NCBI GenBank assembly: GCA_951406725.2
Contig: OX597818.1
Location: 119,598,001-119,662,000, forward strand
Reading direction: 5' to 3'
DNA from: Octopus vulgaris
Lineage: Eukaryota
DNA: 64,000 nt
In this document: piece after piece, positions 41,881 through 53,197 of the stretch
Layout: the number at the start of each line of letters is the position of its first letter
Numbering within the stretch: the stretch's first letter is position 1
The notes under the pieces: generated by a model
Told to the model about the DNA's origin: nothing
The model's database searches: none
The model's input: the letters and a program-made list of their open reading frames with translations, nothing else
Program-made: the position numbers and the translations under genes

Positions 41881-42810
41881 GGAGAGTTTTAGAAATAAAT
41901 TTTTTTAAAGGCTTCAACAGGTGAATATTCGTGTTAGTCCGTTAGTAATTTGGTCGAAAATATCTGGTCTGATGAAAATAACTACGAGGGCTTTATGTAT
42001 TCTCGGTATTTGATAAAATAATTTGCATTTAAGAAAATTGATTCTGCAAGAATAACTGTTGCATGAAGGACAAATAGTGAAGAAGGCTTTGACATATTTA
42101 ATTTAGTGATCCAAGGAATTGAAATTAATTAAATTTAAAACCGTAGGGATGCGAAAACTCATTATTTTAATCGCCATCTCTAATCAAGAAAAACACTAGA
42201 CACAAACCCAGCATTGCAGGTAGTTAGTGTTATTTAAAAGTAGAATGCAGTGGGGACTGTGTATAATCTTCGGCATGTCTTTCTATCTTTTGAGACCTCA
42301 TCAGTGTCTGTATGTGTATGTGTGTGCATGTGTGTATGTCTGTGTGTGCGTGTGGTATCATAGCGTCATTTTAATCAGACGTTTTAAAAAGGAGATTCAA
42401 TTCTACGAGATTTGGTCTTTACAGAGATGTTGTCTTCTCTACCTGTAGACGTACGACTGGACACATGTTGAGCTTAGAAAGACATTACACGGGTATCATT
42501 TATTTTAGCCATTTGATTATCTAAGATGCTAATCTGATAATACTTAGTTTCTTGCCCGTCACATTTGATCATGGCCGAGGTTCGTAGAAAAGAAAGTCTT
42601 GAGGTGTTTAAAATCTTAATATAACGCATAAGTAACAGAATCTTTGACAGTGTCACCCGTTACAGTAACAATGCCCACGGATTAAAAGATAAAATTATCG
42701 AAAACCCCAGCCTGGTATGATGAAGAACATTATTTTTTTCGTAATCCCTTTGTTACTCAAAGTTTAATAGAATATAGGAAAGGTCTTTCAATGTTTAATA
42801 GCATAATATA

Positions 42811-42843
42811 TAGGCGTAGGAGTGGCTGTGTGGTAAGTAGCTT
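42811..42843 (+). mobile_element. 5' end of a SINE-A head split by Tx1 insertions (continues 50326-50364)
   Basis: AGGCGTAGGAGTGGCTGTGTGGTAAGTAGCTT, resuming as AAGTAGCTTGCTTATGAATCACATG..GGGTTCAGT. Confidence 0.85.
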
Positions 42844-44875
42844 CTTACCTTCGTCTGAGTTAGACGTGTTATTTTGCTGCTCCGGTTGCCACGTTGTTTC
42901 AACGTGAATTGTTGAACTTTCGACTCGACTGCAGGTAGGAATTTTGTATTTTTGCGAGCGAAGTGAAGCTTTATTACTTGCATTAATGTAATTTAGCATT
43001 AAATATTTTTTAGCAGATAATAAGGCTCCATTTTGCTCCGGATATAATTTTTCTGCCTGTTGTCGGGTGTGAAGAAAATTGTGTTTTTGAGGCGGCGTAG
43101 TCCGTCTACAAAAATTATTTTTGAAATTATCGTTGTGTTATCTACGGATTTACCAAGGATCATTTACCAAGGTGTTGTACCAACCATATACTTGGCCTGG
43201 AGTACAATTTTTGGCCGAAAAAGTGAAAAAATTCCTTTGTCTGAATTTGAACTCTCTTTCTCTGCCTATGATTCATTTGTAAAAAACTTTCTTTGAACTG
43301 CCATTTTAATTTTATTTCTCCCCTTCTGTTGCTTTTTTCATTCTCCTTTCTGTGTCTAATTTATTTTGTAACATTTTGAACTGTTTTTCTTAAGTTATGG
43401 CAAGGAATTTCACAGTGTGGGAATTAACACCTCCCAAAAAATATTTGAACGAACTTGAGGAAAAGACAGTGGTGCTGAGGACATATTCGAAGTCTCTCGG
43501 CACCATAATGGTCTTTCCGAAAGACACAATTATGAACGAACTGGCAGACTATATGCCAGCCGTTAAACACATTCAACGGGGAGCCAAATACGCAACGATT
43601 TGGTTGCTGTTTGACTCTCCTAAAGCAGCTTGCGATTTCGCAAGTAAGCCCATTGAGGGCGAAGAGATTCTGTTTCTCCCAAGCTATAAGGGGGAAAAAT
43701 TGATACGTTTATGGGTCTGCGGCCTGCCGCCCGGCTTTGAGCCCGAGTGGGTGGAAGATTCCATCCGCCGGGGTCTGAGTGGTGGTAGCGCCAAGATCCT
43801 GAACGTAAGAATGCAGCCTGCGGCTAACTGGGAAGGAGGAAAGGCTACTTTAACTCTGTGGACCCAGTCGGCCAAGAGTCTGGTTTTGCCGGACTTCCTA
43901 AAGATGGCCGGTTCCAAGTATCCGGTGATGCTAGAGGGACGCGCCCCCAAGTGTCACCTGTGCTCGGAGACCGGCCATATTAAGAAAACTGCCCCAGGAA
44001 CCAGAGTAGGATCCTGGAGAAGTTAATTTTAGAGCCTCTCCCTGCCTCACCAATGGAGGGAGAGAAACAAAGCGAGGAGGGGGAAAAACCCTCCGCCAAA
44101 AGAAAAAGAAGAGTGGGAAGCAATGGCGACCCACAAAAGGAACCGGAGGCTGCGGAAGAAAAAGAGAACCCGGTGCGTATAGCACCGGAACCTCAACCTC
44201 CCGAGGCCAAGCGTAAAAAGAAAAAGAAAAAGAGGAACGGGACGCCGCCAGTGGACTGTAACACCCAGAGGGCGTCTCCCAGGTGTCCTCCGGCGATTGT
44301 AATGCCGGACAAATTTTATGTAGTCCTCTTCCATAAAGGAGGCACTATAGAAAACGAAATACGTAAGAGGAGGAAGAGAAACGAATGGGAGGGACTTCGG
44401 TCCTGCATGGAGTATCCCGAGTGGCCTTCGCAGCTGGCTGCGGAGGTCCTACTCGAAAATGATATGTGCAGGATCGAGAATTCTTTCCCGGAGGATCTCT
44501 TGCAAGTCATACCAGTATGCGGAAGCCTGTCGATGGACGATTGCGTCATTAAAGCAAAAGAGTTCATCGGTCAGGTAACGTAAAATTGTAATTGTGTTAC
44601 ATTGTGACAGAGGTTTATTGCCTCTGAAGAGACTTTTAAAAAGTGTAAATTGTAAATTGAAATTTCTGTGAAAATTTTTTGAATTTTTTGTAATTTTTGA
44701 AATTTTGTAAATGATTGAAAAAAAAAAGAACATTGTTTTAGAGAAGCAAAAGTCGGCGGGCGCTTTCTGACTTCTCCCATCACCATCGTCATCCACCACC
44801 TCCATCATCCATTAATGTCCTTGTCCAGCCCGCAGCTACTCTGTGTGCTGCCCTAGTGGCAAATTATATAAAATA
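42844..44875 (+). mobile_element. ORF1-only non-autonomous Tx1-like retroelement
   Basis: About 550-nt 5'UTR, ORF1, about 290-nt 3'UTR ending GCCCTAGTGGCAAATTATATAAAATA; flanked by AAGTAGCTT; no ORF2. Confidence 0.8.
43397..44583 (+). CDS. Tx1-like ORF1 (gag-like, CCHC knuckle), about 395 aa after one frameshift repair near 43985
   Basis: EGRAPKCHLCSETGHIKK(N)CP restored by adding one A; then open to 44583; homologous to the downstream ORF1. Confidence 0.75.
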
Positions 44876-45281
44876 AAGTAGCTTTGCTAACCTCACTGAC
44901 AGAAGAGTGACTTTGCCTACCGTACTACGGTTTGGACGCGTTTTCTTCCCGGTAAGAGTTTTGCTGTGTTGTTAATTGTTGAATTCCTACTACTGAAAAT
45001 TTGCCTTTAAACGTTGCTGAACTGTCTTGTTCTCCGGTTTTACCGGGAAATAATTGAATAATTTCTTACCGTTGAACTGTTAGCCACTGTGGCTTTTTAT
45101 TTACGTGACTATATATAGTCCTGCCAGACTATTTTCGTGCCCCTCCCCCGAATGGGGGTGGGAATTGGAATTTTTGAACTGCTTTTTTGAACTACTTTGG
45201 AAGAAAAACTTTCTATAGGTTTCCCAGTTTTGTGGGAAACCAATATTCGTAATTTTTGTGTTGTCTAATTTCAACAGAATA

Positions 45282-46685
45282 ATGTCTGTTGAAATTATTC
45301 ACGAAAGTAGTGCTCTTGAGGAGAGCAATGTTAAAAAATTTTCTGAGGTAGCCGCAGTGGCTACCGAGAAGATTGACATCGATGTCAACCAGCTCGTCGA
45401 GCTATTTAAAAGAATGCAAGAGGAGGGTGGTGATGTTAAAATATCACCCTCCGCCAGTATCGTGGAGACCGAGAAGCGGACCGTAGTGTTTAAAACTTTC
45501 TGTCCACAAAGCAGAAGGTTCAAACACTTTGAAAAAAGCACCATCGAGAAATGCCTGTCCCCGATTTGGAAGGACATCGTGTACGTCGCCAGGGGACGGG
45601 CATATGGCACTGTGGATGTCCGCTTCTCGGGGGAAGAAATGGCCCGCGGGCATTCTGTGAACCCCCTAAAAACCAAGGAGGTGGTACTTTTTCCAAGCTA
45701 TAGGGGACGCAGGACGTCCCGGGTCAGGATTGTAGAAGCCCCGCCGGACGTAGATCCGGTAGAGGTAGTGGCCGCCCTGTTATATAAAAGGGCGGACAAA
45801 ATAAAAATACTAGAAGTAACATGCTCTACCCCTCGATTTTGGCTCGGGCGTAACATTAATATATTAATTCAAGGAACAGCGGAGGACCTGCAGCTCCTTC
45901 CTGAGAGGGTGCTCGTGGGCGAGAACGTAGCCCTCAGGGTACAGGTCGAAGGCCGAAAACCCACCTGTTACGCCTGCAGCAAAAAGGGCCACATTCGTGT
46001 AGACTGTCCAGACAAGCAAAAGAAACCGCAGACACCAGGCCCCTCAGATAATAAAAAAGTCCCTACCCTTGCAAACACACCTACCCCTACAAAAACAAAA
46101 AATCCCACTCCTGCTGTTACGGTGCCAACCCCAAAACAGACTGAAGAAAAAACCCAGCCCTCGCACTCACAAACCCCTACACTATTAAAACCTCCCACCC
46201 CCCTAAAAACTGCGGTGCCTACCGAACAAACTATTGCTACCACAGACGATACCATGGAGGTATCAGAGGGGGGATTTACACCAGTTCGTAAAAGAATTCG
46301 TGCAGCATCCCCGTCCACATCCCCTACAAAAAATAATAAAAACAAAGACACACCACAGACACGGAAAAAAAAATCCCGCTCAACTGGCCCAGAAAAAGAA
46401 GACAAAAAAGAAAATGAACTCATATTAATTGAATTCGACACACAAGACAAATACATAAACGATATTGTGGTTCAGCATCAGTCAGCAAGACTGTACAACA
46501 AATACAAAGATCGAAATAGACACGCGTGGATTGCGGAAACAACGTTCAAACAATTAAAAGACAGACACCCAAACGCCATCCGGCATATCGCGAACTTGCC
46601 GGACTATCTGAAGAAAGAGGAGAAAGAAGGGGCCCACAAACGTGTGGTGAGGTCGGCCCCCACCTCTCCAACGAAATGTAAGTAG
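45282..46685 (+). CDS. Tx1 ORF1 protein (CCHC knuckle, Pro/Thr-rich linker)
   Basis: Intact frame; EGRKPTCYACSKKGHIRVDC. Confidence 0.85.
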   Translation: MSVEIIHESSALEESNVKKFSEVAAVATEKIDIDVNQLVELFKRMQEEGGDVKISPSASIVETEKRTVVFKTFCPQSRRFKHFEKSTIEKCLSPIWKDIVYVARGRAYGTVDVRFSGEEMARGHSVNPLKTKEVVLFPSYRGRRTSRVRIVEAPPDVDPVEVVAALLYKRADKIKILEVTCSTPRFWLGRNINILIQGTAEDLQLLPERVLVGENVALRVQVEGRKPTCYACSKKGHIRVDCPDKQKKPQTPGPSDNKKVPTLANTPTPTKTKNPTPAVTVPTPKQTEEKTQPSHSQTPTLLKPPTPLKTAVPTEQTIATTDDTMEVSEGGFTPVRKRIRAASPSTSPTKNNKNKDTPQTRKKKSRSTGPEKEDKKENELILIEFDTQDKYINDIVVQHQSARLYNKYKDRNRHAWIAETTFKQLKDRHPNAIRHIANLPDYLKKEEKEGAHKRVVRSAPTSPTKCK

Positions 46686-46701
46686 AACCTTTACTTTTGT
46701 A

Positions 46702-49700
46702 ATGGCTTCGCTTAACCTTGGTTGTTTAAATGTGCGTGGTCTGAGTTCGAAGTGGAAGCAGGCTTGTTTCCTCGACGACCTCAGATCACATGATATACAT
46801 GTGATGGTTGCTACAGAGACCAAGCTGGACAGCCTACAAACCTTCTCGCCTCTCCTGAATGGCTACGAGAAAATCATGTCTCCTGGCCAGACCGGAGGGC
46901 GAGGGGCGTAGTGGTACTGATCCGTAAAGACTTGGCTCTACAGACAAGTACAGTCTATGTAGACCCAGAAGGTGGGCTGGTCGTCCTTGATGTGACATAC
47001 AGCAGTAAGGCCTTCAGGTTGATCGGACTCTATGCACCTTGTGCTAGAGGTTTCCAAACTGATTTTTATCGGCGCCTAGAGGGCTTTCTCGTGACGTCGA
47101 AGACTTTAGTGATATTAGGGGACTTTAATGCTATCGTTGACGTACACATCGATAGCGTTGGCTCGATCTATAGGAAAGTGAACTCACGTCTCGTGGATCT
47201 GCTTAAGCGGTTTCAGCTAGCAGATCGTTACAGACTTGACCATCCGAACGTCCCAGAGTGGACCTGGATGAGTGGCGACGGAAGGTTCAAGTCTTATCTA
47301 GACAGGATAGTGATAAGAACTAGAGATAAGTCTAGTTTTAGTTGTCCACAGCTCGTCCAGGTGCCCTATACTGACCATAGAATGGTCACGTGTAGACTGG
47401 ACATAGATAGCACACTTAAGATAGGAACCGGCTACTGGAAGCTGAACAAGTCTATTTTGACACGCGAGGCATACCGTAGCCGGATTAAGGTGTTAGTGCA
47501 GAGGGCGTTAACCGGAGCCGTGGTTAATAACCGGTGGTGGTTCACCCTCAAAAGAGCCATTCGATTCGAGTCCATTAGATTTAGTAAACAACTAAGACTA
47601 GATAGGGCTAGAATAGAAGGGCAACTAGTTAAGAACTTAGAGGAGGCGTTGAGGTTGGGCTCTGCATCTCACATTTTAGCGGCGAGAACGGCATTAGACC
47701 GTCACCTCAAAACCAAACATGAGGGATGTAGAGTCCGGGCTAAAGTACGAGCATTGGGCCGTGAGGGAATTAATGTTGCCGGATGGGCCCGTACGATAGA
47801 AACACAGCGTGGAAACGATGCCACAATTGGGTCTCTTGTTGATGAAAACGGATGCACGATCAAGAAGCGGGACGAGATGTGTGAGGCACTCCACAAGCAC
47901 TTCGCCGAGTTGTTCGGGAGGTGCGGGACGCTAGATCATGGTGAGGCCCTTAGGGACTTCCTGTCTGGTGGCCCGCGCCTCTCGACACGAGAGGCTGAGT
48001 GCTGTGAAGGGCCAATCACAGCCGAGGAAGTAATCGAGGTGTTGGGCAAGTGCCCCGGGGAGAAGTCGCCGGGTCTCGATGGTCTGCCCTATGAATTTTA
48101 TAGAAGTATGCCAAACTTGTTCGGGCACCTGCTGGCTAGCGTCTACGCCAACTGGCAGCAGAATGGGAGAATTCCCAAGTCTGCGAGCCGGGGGGCGGTG
48201 ACCTTGATCAGGAAGGACCCGAACAAGGGGGACGAGATAGGGAACTTCAGGCCCATAACTCTGTTAAACACAGAGTTAAAGATTCTGGCCAAGGTGCTAG
48301 CAAAAAGGTTGGCGCGGGTCGTGGACAAACTTGTCGGGGAAGCGCAAACGTGCGCTATCCCCGGCAGAACGATCCACGACAATCTCCACCTTATACGCTA
48401 CTCCTTAGAGAGGGTGGGGAAGCTTTCTGGCGCAGGGGGAGCACTGGTACATTTAGACCAGTCCAAAGCATTTGATAGGGTCGACCATCGGTACCTGGCG
48501 GCGGTCCTCGGAGAGGCTGGCCTAGGCCCGACCTTTCGAGGTTGGATCGCTGCTTTGTATAGCGACATCGAGTCTGTAGTCAAGGTGAACGGTTCCTGTT
48601 CGACGCCGTTCAGGATCGAGCGTTCAGTTCGTCAAGGGTGTCCCCTGTCCTCGCTCCTATACGTATTGGCTCTTGAGCCTTTGCTGCGGAAGTTGGAGGC
48701 ACTAGGGGCGCGCCGCATGATCTATGGTGTGGAAGAGGAGCTACGGCGTATGCGGATGACACCTCCATCATTGTGGCAGACGAAGGCCAGCTTCCAGTGG
48801 TGGAAGAGGCCATAAAAAGCTACGAGGCGGTGGCAGGAGCAAAGGTTAACAAGGACAAGTCGGTCGGTTTGCAACTCGGCACCTGGAGGGGCAAGCCGAT
48901 GCCGTCCAATAACGTCGTAGGGCGTTGGACGGAAGGTCCTGTTAAGCTGCTCGGAGTCTGGTTCGGGCCAGACCTCCAGATTGAGAAAATTGGAGTGAGG
49001 TGGCCAACAAGGTGACCGCTCTAACCCAGACCTGGTCTGGGCGGGCGTTATCCCTGCTAGGGAAGGCGGAGGTGGTGCAGATGTTTATAGCATCAGTAAT
49101 CACCTACCGTCTGACCGTGGTGCCTTGCCCCGATTTGTGGCTGAACAAGTTGGAGAGAATCCTTTTCCGATTTTTGTGGAAAGGAGGAAAGCCACTTGTA
49201 AAGCGCTCTGTCTGCTGCCAGAAACCGCTAAAGGGTGGGCTAGGGATGCCTTGGCTGAGGATGCGAAAACTCGCGTTAAGGTTGAGGCACCTCTGGCTTT
49301 ACCTGGATGGAGAGCAGGTGTGGTCGCCGCACGTCCGGTTCTACCTTCCCCAGTTAACATCCCTAACGGACATCGGTGCATGGATCAAGCGGAGACCTAA
49401 ACTGAGTGAATGGCATTTGGAGTGCCGTCAGGCGCTCCAGCTACTATCTCGGGTGGGCAACGCCGGCAACAGGAGTTCCACCACGGATTTCTATAGCGGG
49501 TTAGTGGAGATTAAGTCCGAAGACGCCTTGGGGGAGACCCTGGGCTACGATGAAAATCAGTTGATCAACCTGTTCCGGAGGACGTTCGGGCCGGGGTATC
49601 TGGATAATTACCAGAAATCCCTAGCCTGGCAGTGTTTCCGTGCGGCTTTACCTGTTCGCGACAAGCTGTCAAGGCACGGTAGTGCCGTCTCGCCGACATG

Positions 49701-50097
49701 CCCGCGATGTGAGCAGGATAGGGAGACCGTCTTGCACGCATTCGTGGAGTGTCCGGAGTTATCGGGACTGATAGCTTTTGTAGAACAACTGTTGTCAGTG
49801 ATGGGAAGAGTACAGCTATCAGCTGAGTCTATCATCGAGATTGTGCCGCCCCCTTTCCTTAACAGGGAAAGAAAGGCTTGTTTTCTGTGTAGTAGCCATA
49901 CTGAAAGAAACAGTATGGAAGACGCGTACGAAAGGTATAGTGACAGGCACCTTTGTCTCCGGCCAGGGGTTGATTAACTTTTTAGTTACCACCTCAGTAG
50001 CAAAATCAGGCTGGAGAAGAGGTGTCTGTCACGAGATATGTTTGTGAAAAGATGGAAGCCTGTGGCATACAAGATGGGTATGTTTGGCACCAGGTAA
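46702..50097 (+). CDS. Tx1 ORF2: APE endonuclease, reverse transcriptase, C-terminal zinc finger; about 5 frameshifts
   Basis: LNVRGL, TETK, GDFNA, LDRI, TDHR, GYWKLN, KSPGLDGLP, FRPITLLN, DQSKAFDRV, VRQGCPLS, AYADD (shifted frame), GGLGMP, CPRC..ETVLHAFVEC. Confidence 0.9.
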
Positions 50098-50439
50098 GTG
50101 TGACCGGATCAGAAAGTAAAGGTTCTACCCGGATGGCTGGGTGTCCGTCCTTCGACATGATCATTAATATTTTTAAACATTGCCTTCGTAAAATTCATTG
50201 TTTATAATCTTATCCGTAATTTCATTCGAAAATTGTAACTGTGTTAAGCTACTTCACCCTTTATATTTGTCTGTCCTTATTTGTCCCCTCTTTGTAAATG
50301 CCTAAATGGCAAATTATATGAAATAAAGTAGCTTGCTTATGAATCACATGCTTTCGGGTTCAGTGGGACTGAACCTGGAACCATGTTGTTTGGAAGCAAG
50401 TAACTTACCACATTTGTATGTACTTATATATTCTTTTCT

Positions 50440-50808
50440 AATTTAGGCACAAGGTCCGACATTTTTGTGGAGGGGGCCAGTCGATTAGATCGACCCCAGT
50501 ACGCAACTGGTACTTAATTTATCGACCCCAAAATGCAAAGCCGACCTTGATGGAATTTGAACTCAGAACGTAAAGACAAACGAAATACCACTAAGCATAT
50601 TGCCCGACCTGCTAACGTTTCTTATTTCTTTATTGCCCACAAGGGGCTAACCATAGAGGGGACAAACAAGAACAGACAAAGGGATTAAGTCGATTATATC
50701 GACCCCAGTGCATGACTGGTACTTTATCGACCCCGAAAGGATGAAAGGCAAAGTCGACCTCGGCGGAATTTGAACTCAGAATGTCACGTTTCTGCCAGCT
50801 CGCCGCCT
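50440..50808 (-). mobile_element. SINE-B with a second SINE-B (50623-50785) nested in its head
   Basis: ACGTTTCT duplicated at 50615-50622 and 50786-50793. Confidence 0.85.
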
Positions 50809-51493
50809 TTATACACATGCTCATACACTCGTAATTATTGTGTGCGCGCGTGTGTGTGTGCGTGCGTGCGTGTTTGTATGTCACTGTGTGTGAGCGTGTC
50901 ACTGTGTGTGTATGTGTATGTGTGTCACTGTGTTTGTGTGTGTCACTGTGTGCGTGCCGTAATGAGTTAGGCCAATTAAAATATCATTAGCATCTTCAGA
51001 TTTCTGTAGAAATTCAGGATGCTAATAGCTTTTTTCCGTTTCTATTCACGCTGGCAACTGGAAGACTTTGGAAATATAATCCTTATTTCTTTAAAATATC
51101 CCTTGGATTCTGTTTCCGATAAATTTCCTCTTAAAATTTACATTTTGTAAGGTGACAATCTTGCAGAGTATTAAATATTCGATTCAATTCCAAACCTTTA
51201 ACAAGTTGAATTTTTTTTTCCTTTTTCTTTTTGTCATTTTGTCAAATACTTTTAAGTAGCGCACAATCTAATCTTGCGGTATTTAATCGAAGTCTTTTGC
51301 TCTTTGAGGTCAAATCCCGATGCGGTCAGATTTTTCTCTTCACATTGCCGGGGGTGATAAAATGAAATACTAAACAAATACTGAGTTGATTAAATCGATT
51401 CGGCCCCCACACTAACGTGTTAAAATACGTGACATTCCGATCATATAAAATTTTATAGTAATGGTATTATCATTAAAGCGTAATCTTTAGCAC

Positions 51494-51568
51494 GCTTAGA
51501 GGTATTTCGCTTAGCGGTATTTCACTTAACGGTATTTCGCTTAGCGGTACTTCGCTTAGCGGTACTTC
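51494..51568 (+). repeat. 15-bp tandem repeat x5 derived from the SINE-B head
   Basis: GCTTAGCGGTATTTC-like units, followed by SINE-B continuation. Confidence 0.85.
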
Positions 51569-51703
51569 GTCCTTCTTTATGTTCAGAGTTCAAATGTCAC
51601 CGAGGTCGACTATCATCACTTCAGGAGTGATAAAATGAACACCGGGTGAGCACTGGGGTTGATATAATCGTCTTGACCTCGGCCTTGATATAATCGATCA
51701 AAC

Positions 51704-51742
<39 letters not shown>

Positions 51743-51861
51743 GAAATTGCTGGACTTGTGCCAAATTTGAAACCATTATTATTAGTATTAAGGTGCTGAG
51801 CTGACAGAATCCCATCAGACAAAATGCTTAGCGACATTTCATCCGTGTTTTCGTTCAAATT

Positions 51862-52023
51862 CCGACTGGCTTCTTTCAGTTTCCCTCTACCAAATCCACT
51901 CACAAGGCTTCGGTCTGCCCGTGGATATAGTAGAAGACACTTGCCCAAGATACCACGCAGTGGGACTGAATCCGGAACCATATGGTTCCTAAGCAAGCTA
52001 CTTAACACACAGCCACTCCTACG
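51862..52023 (-). mobile_element. SINE family A, 5' half
   Basis: Sequence match to SINE-A. Confidence 0.85.
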
Positions 52024-52631
52024 TCATGCCTAATAAAATACACTATTCTCATACAATAAGCTATGACATGCAAGAAATAGCAGCCAAATCTTCACAAATC
52101 TCACCTTTAAACGAAGAAAAAATGTAGTAAAGAATGTAGTTCTGGCTCAACTAACAATAGCAATTCAATTTTTGAGAATGCAGTGTATAATACAAACAGC
52201 AAAGAAAAATGTGAAAAATACGTGAAAAATATGTTTTGCGTGAAGTTTCAAGAAGTATTAGGCTTTAAGTCACCATGATGGCTGAATAAAATAGAGCAAA
52301 AATATGAATACGTCAGTCGTGTTGTTTTTACTCTATCTTTTCAGTTGTGAAGGAAGGATTACAGTCTCCAAAACTGTTCCACAGAAGAAAAGCCTCAGAA
52401 GTACACAATGGGGGTACTTTTGCTACTCAAAAGTATAAAACAAGGAAAACTAATTGCGATAAGATATGTGGTAACTCATAAAGAATATGAAAAAGGTTCT
52501 CACTTCATGGAAATTCTCATTAAATACAGTGGTTCAAGTAAGTACATCTATTATTGTTTTATTGACAGAAAAATACACCCCAGCTTTATACAGAGGGAAG
52601 ATATTTTGCCTTTAATAGCATGACGATTCTA

Positions 52632-53197
52632 TTGGGTTGTCCGGAAAGTTCGTGCCGAGTTATAGTAGCTTACATTTCGACTTATTTTAGAACATGGTTG
52701 AGTCCATAAAATAGGATTTGACTACACCTCCATTTAGAGCACAGTTTAAGCTATCTCTTCATGAAGAAGGTTTGTGTTCCTATAACCTGTGTTAATTCTG
52801 TAACCCTTTAAAATGGAAGATAAGAAAGTTCATTTTCGGCACTTGATGCCTTGAGAACCAGACAAAAATTGCTGCAGGTCGGCTGGAATGTGTTACCCCA
52901 CCCTCCATTTTCACCAGATATTGCTCCTTCAGATTTCCACTTATTCAGGTCTCTGCAGAATAGTCTTAATGGTAAAAAAATTCAATTCCTTGGATGATGT
53001 AAAAAGATACCTTGATGAATTCTTTGCCATGAAACCACCTCAATTCTGGGAAGAGAGTTGTTTCAAGTTAAAGGAAAGATGGAGACGCATTGTGCAACAA
53101 AATGGTTCATATTTGGTTGATTAAAAATGTAAGGGCAAGTATTTATTGACCTTTTTCTTTCCTTTAAAAATCGGCAAGAACTTTCCGGACAACTCAA
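52632..53197 (+). mobile_element. Internally deleted mariner transposon
   Basis: TIRs TTGGGTTGTCCGGAAAGTTC / GAACTTTCCGGACAACTCAA, TA target duplication; MEDKKVHFRH N-terminus and HPPFSPDIAPSDFHLF...ERWRRIVQQNGSY C-terminus. Confidence 0.92.

Larger units (their letters stand above)
44885..50325 (+). mobile_element. Full-length Tx1-clade LINE
   Basis: 5'UTR, ORF1, ORF2 (APE-RT-zinc finger), 3'UTR ending GCCTAAATGGCAAATTATATGAAATA; AAGTAGCTT on both sides. Confidence 0.9.

Noticed and set aside
43684-49835. Antisense ORFs overlapping the Tx1 ORFs
   Set aside because: Shadow frames of GC-richer coding sequence; no motifs
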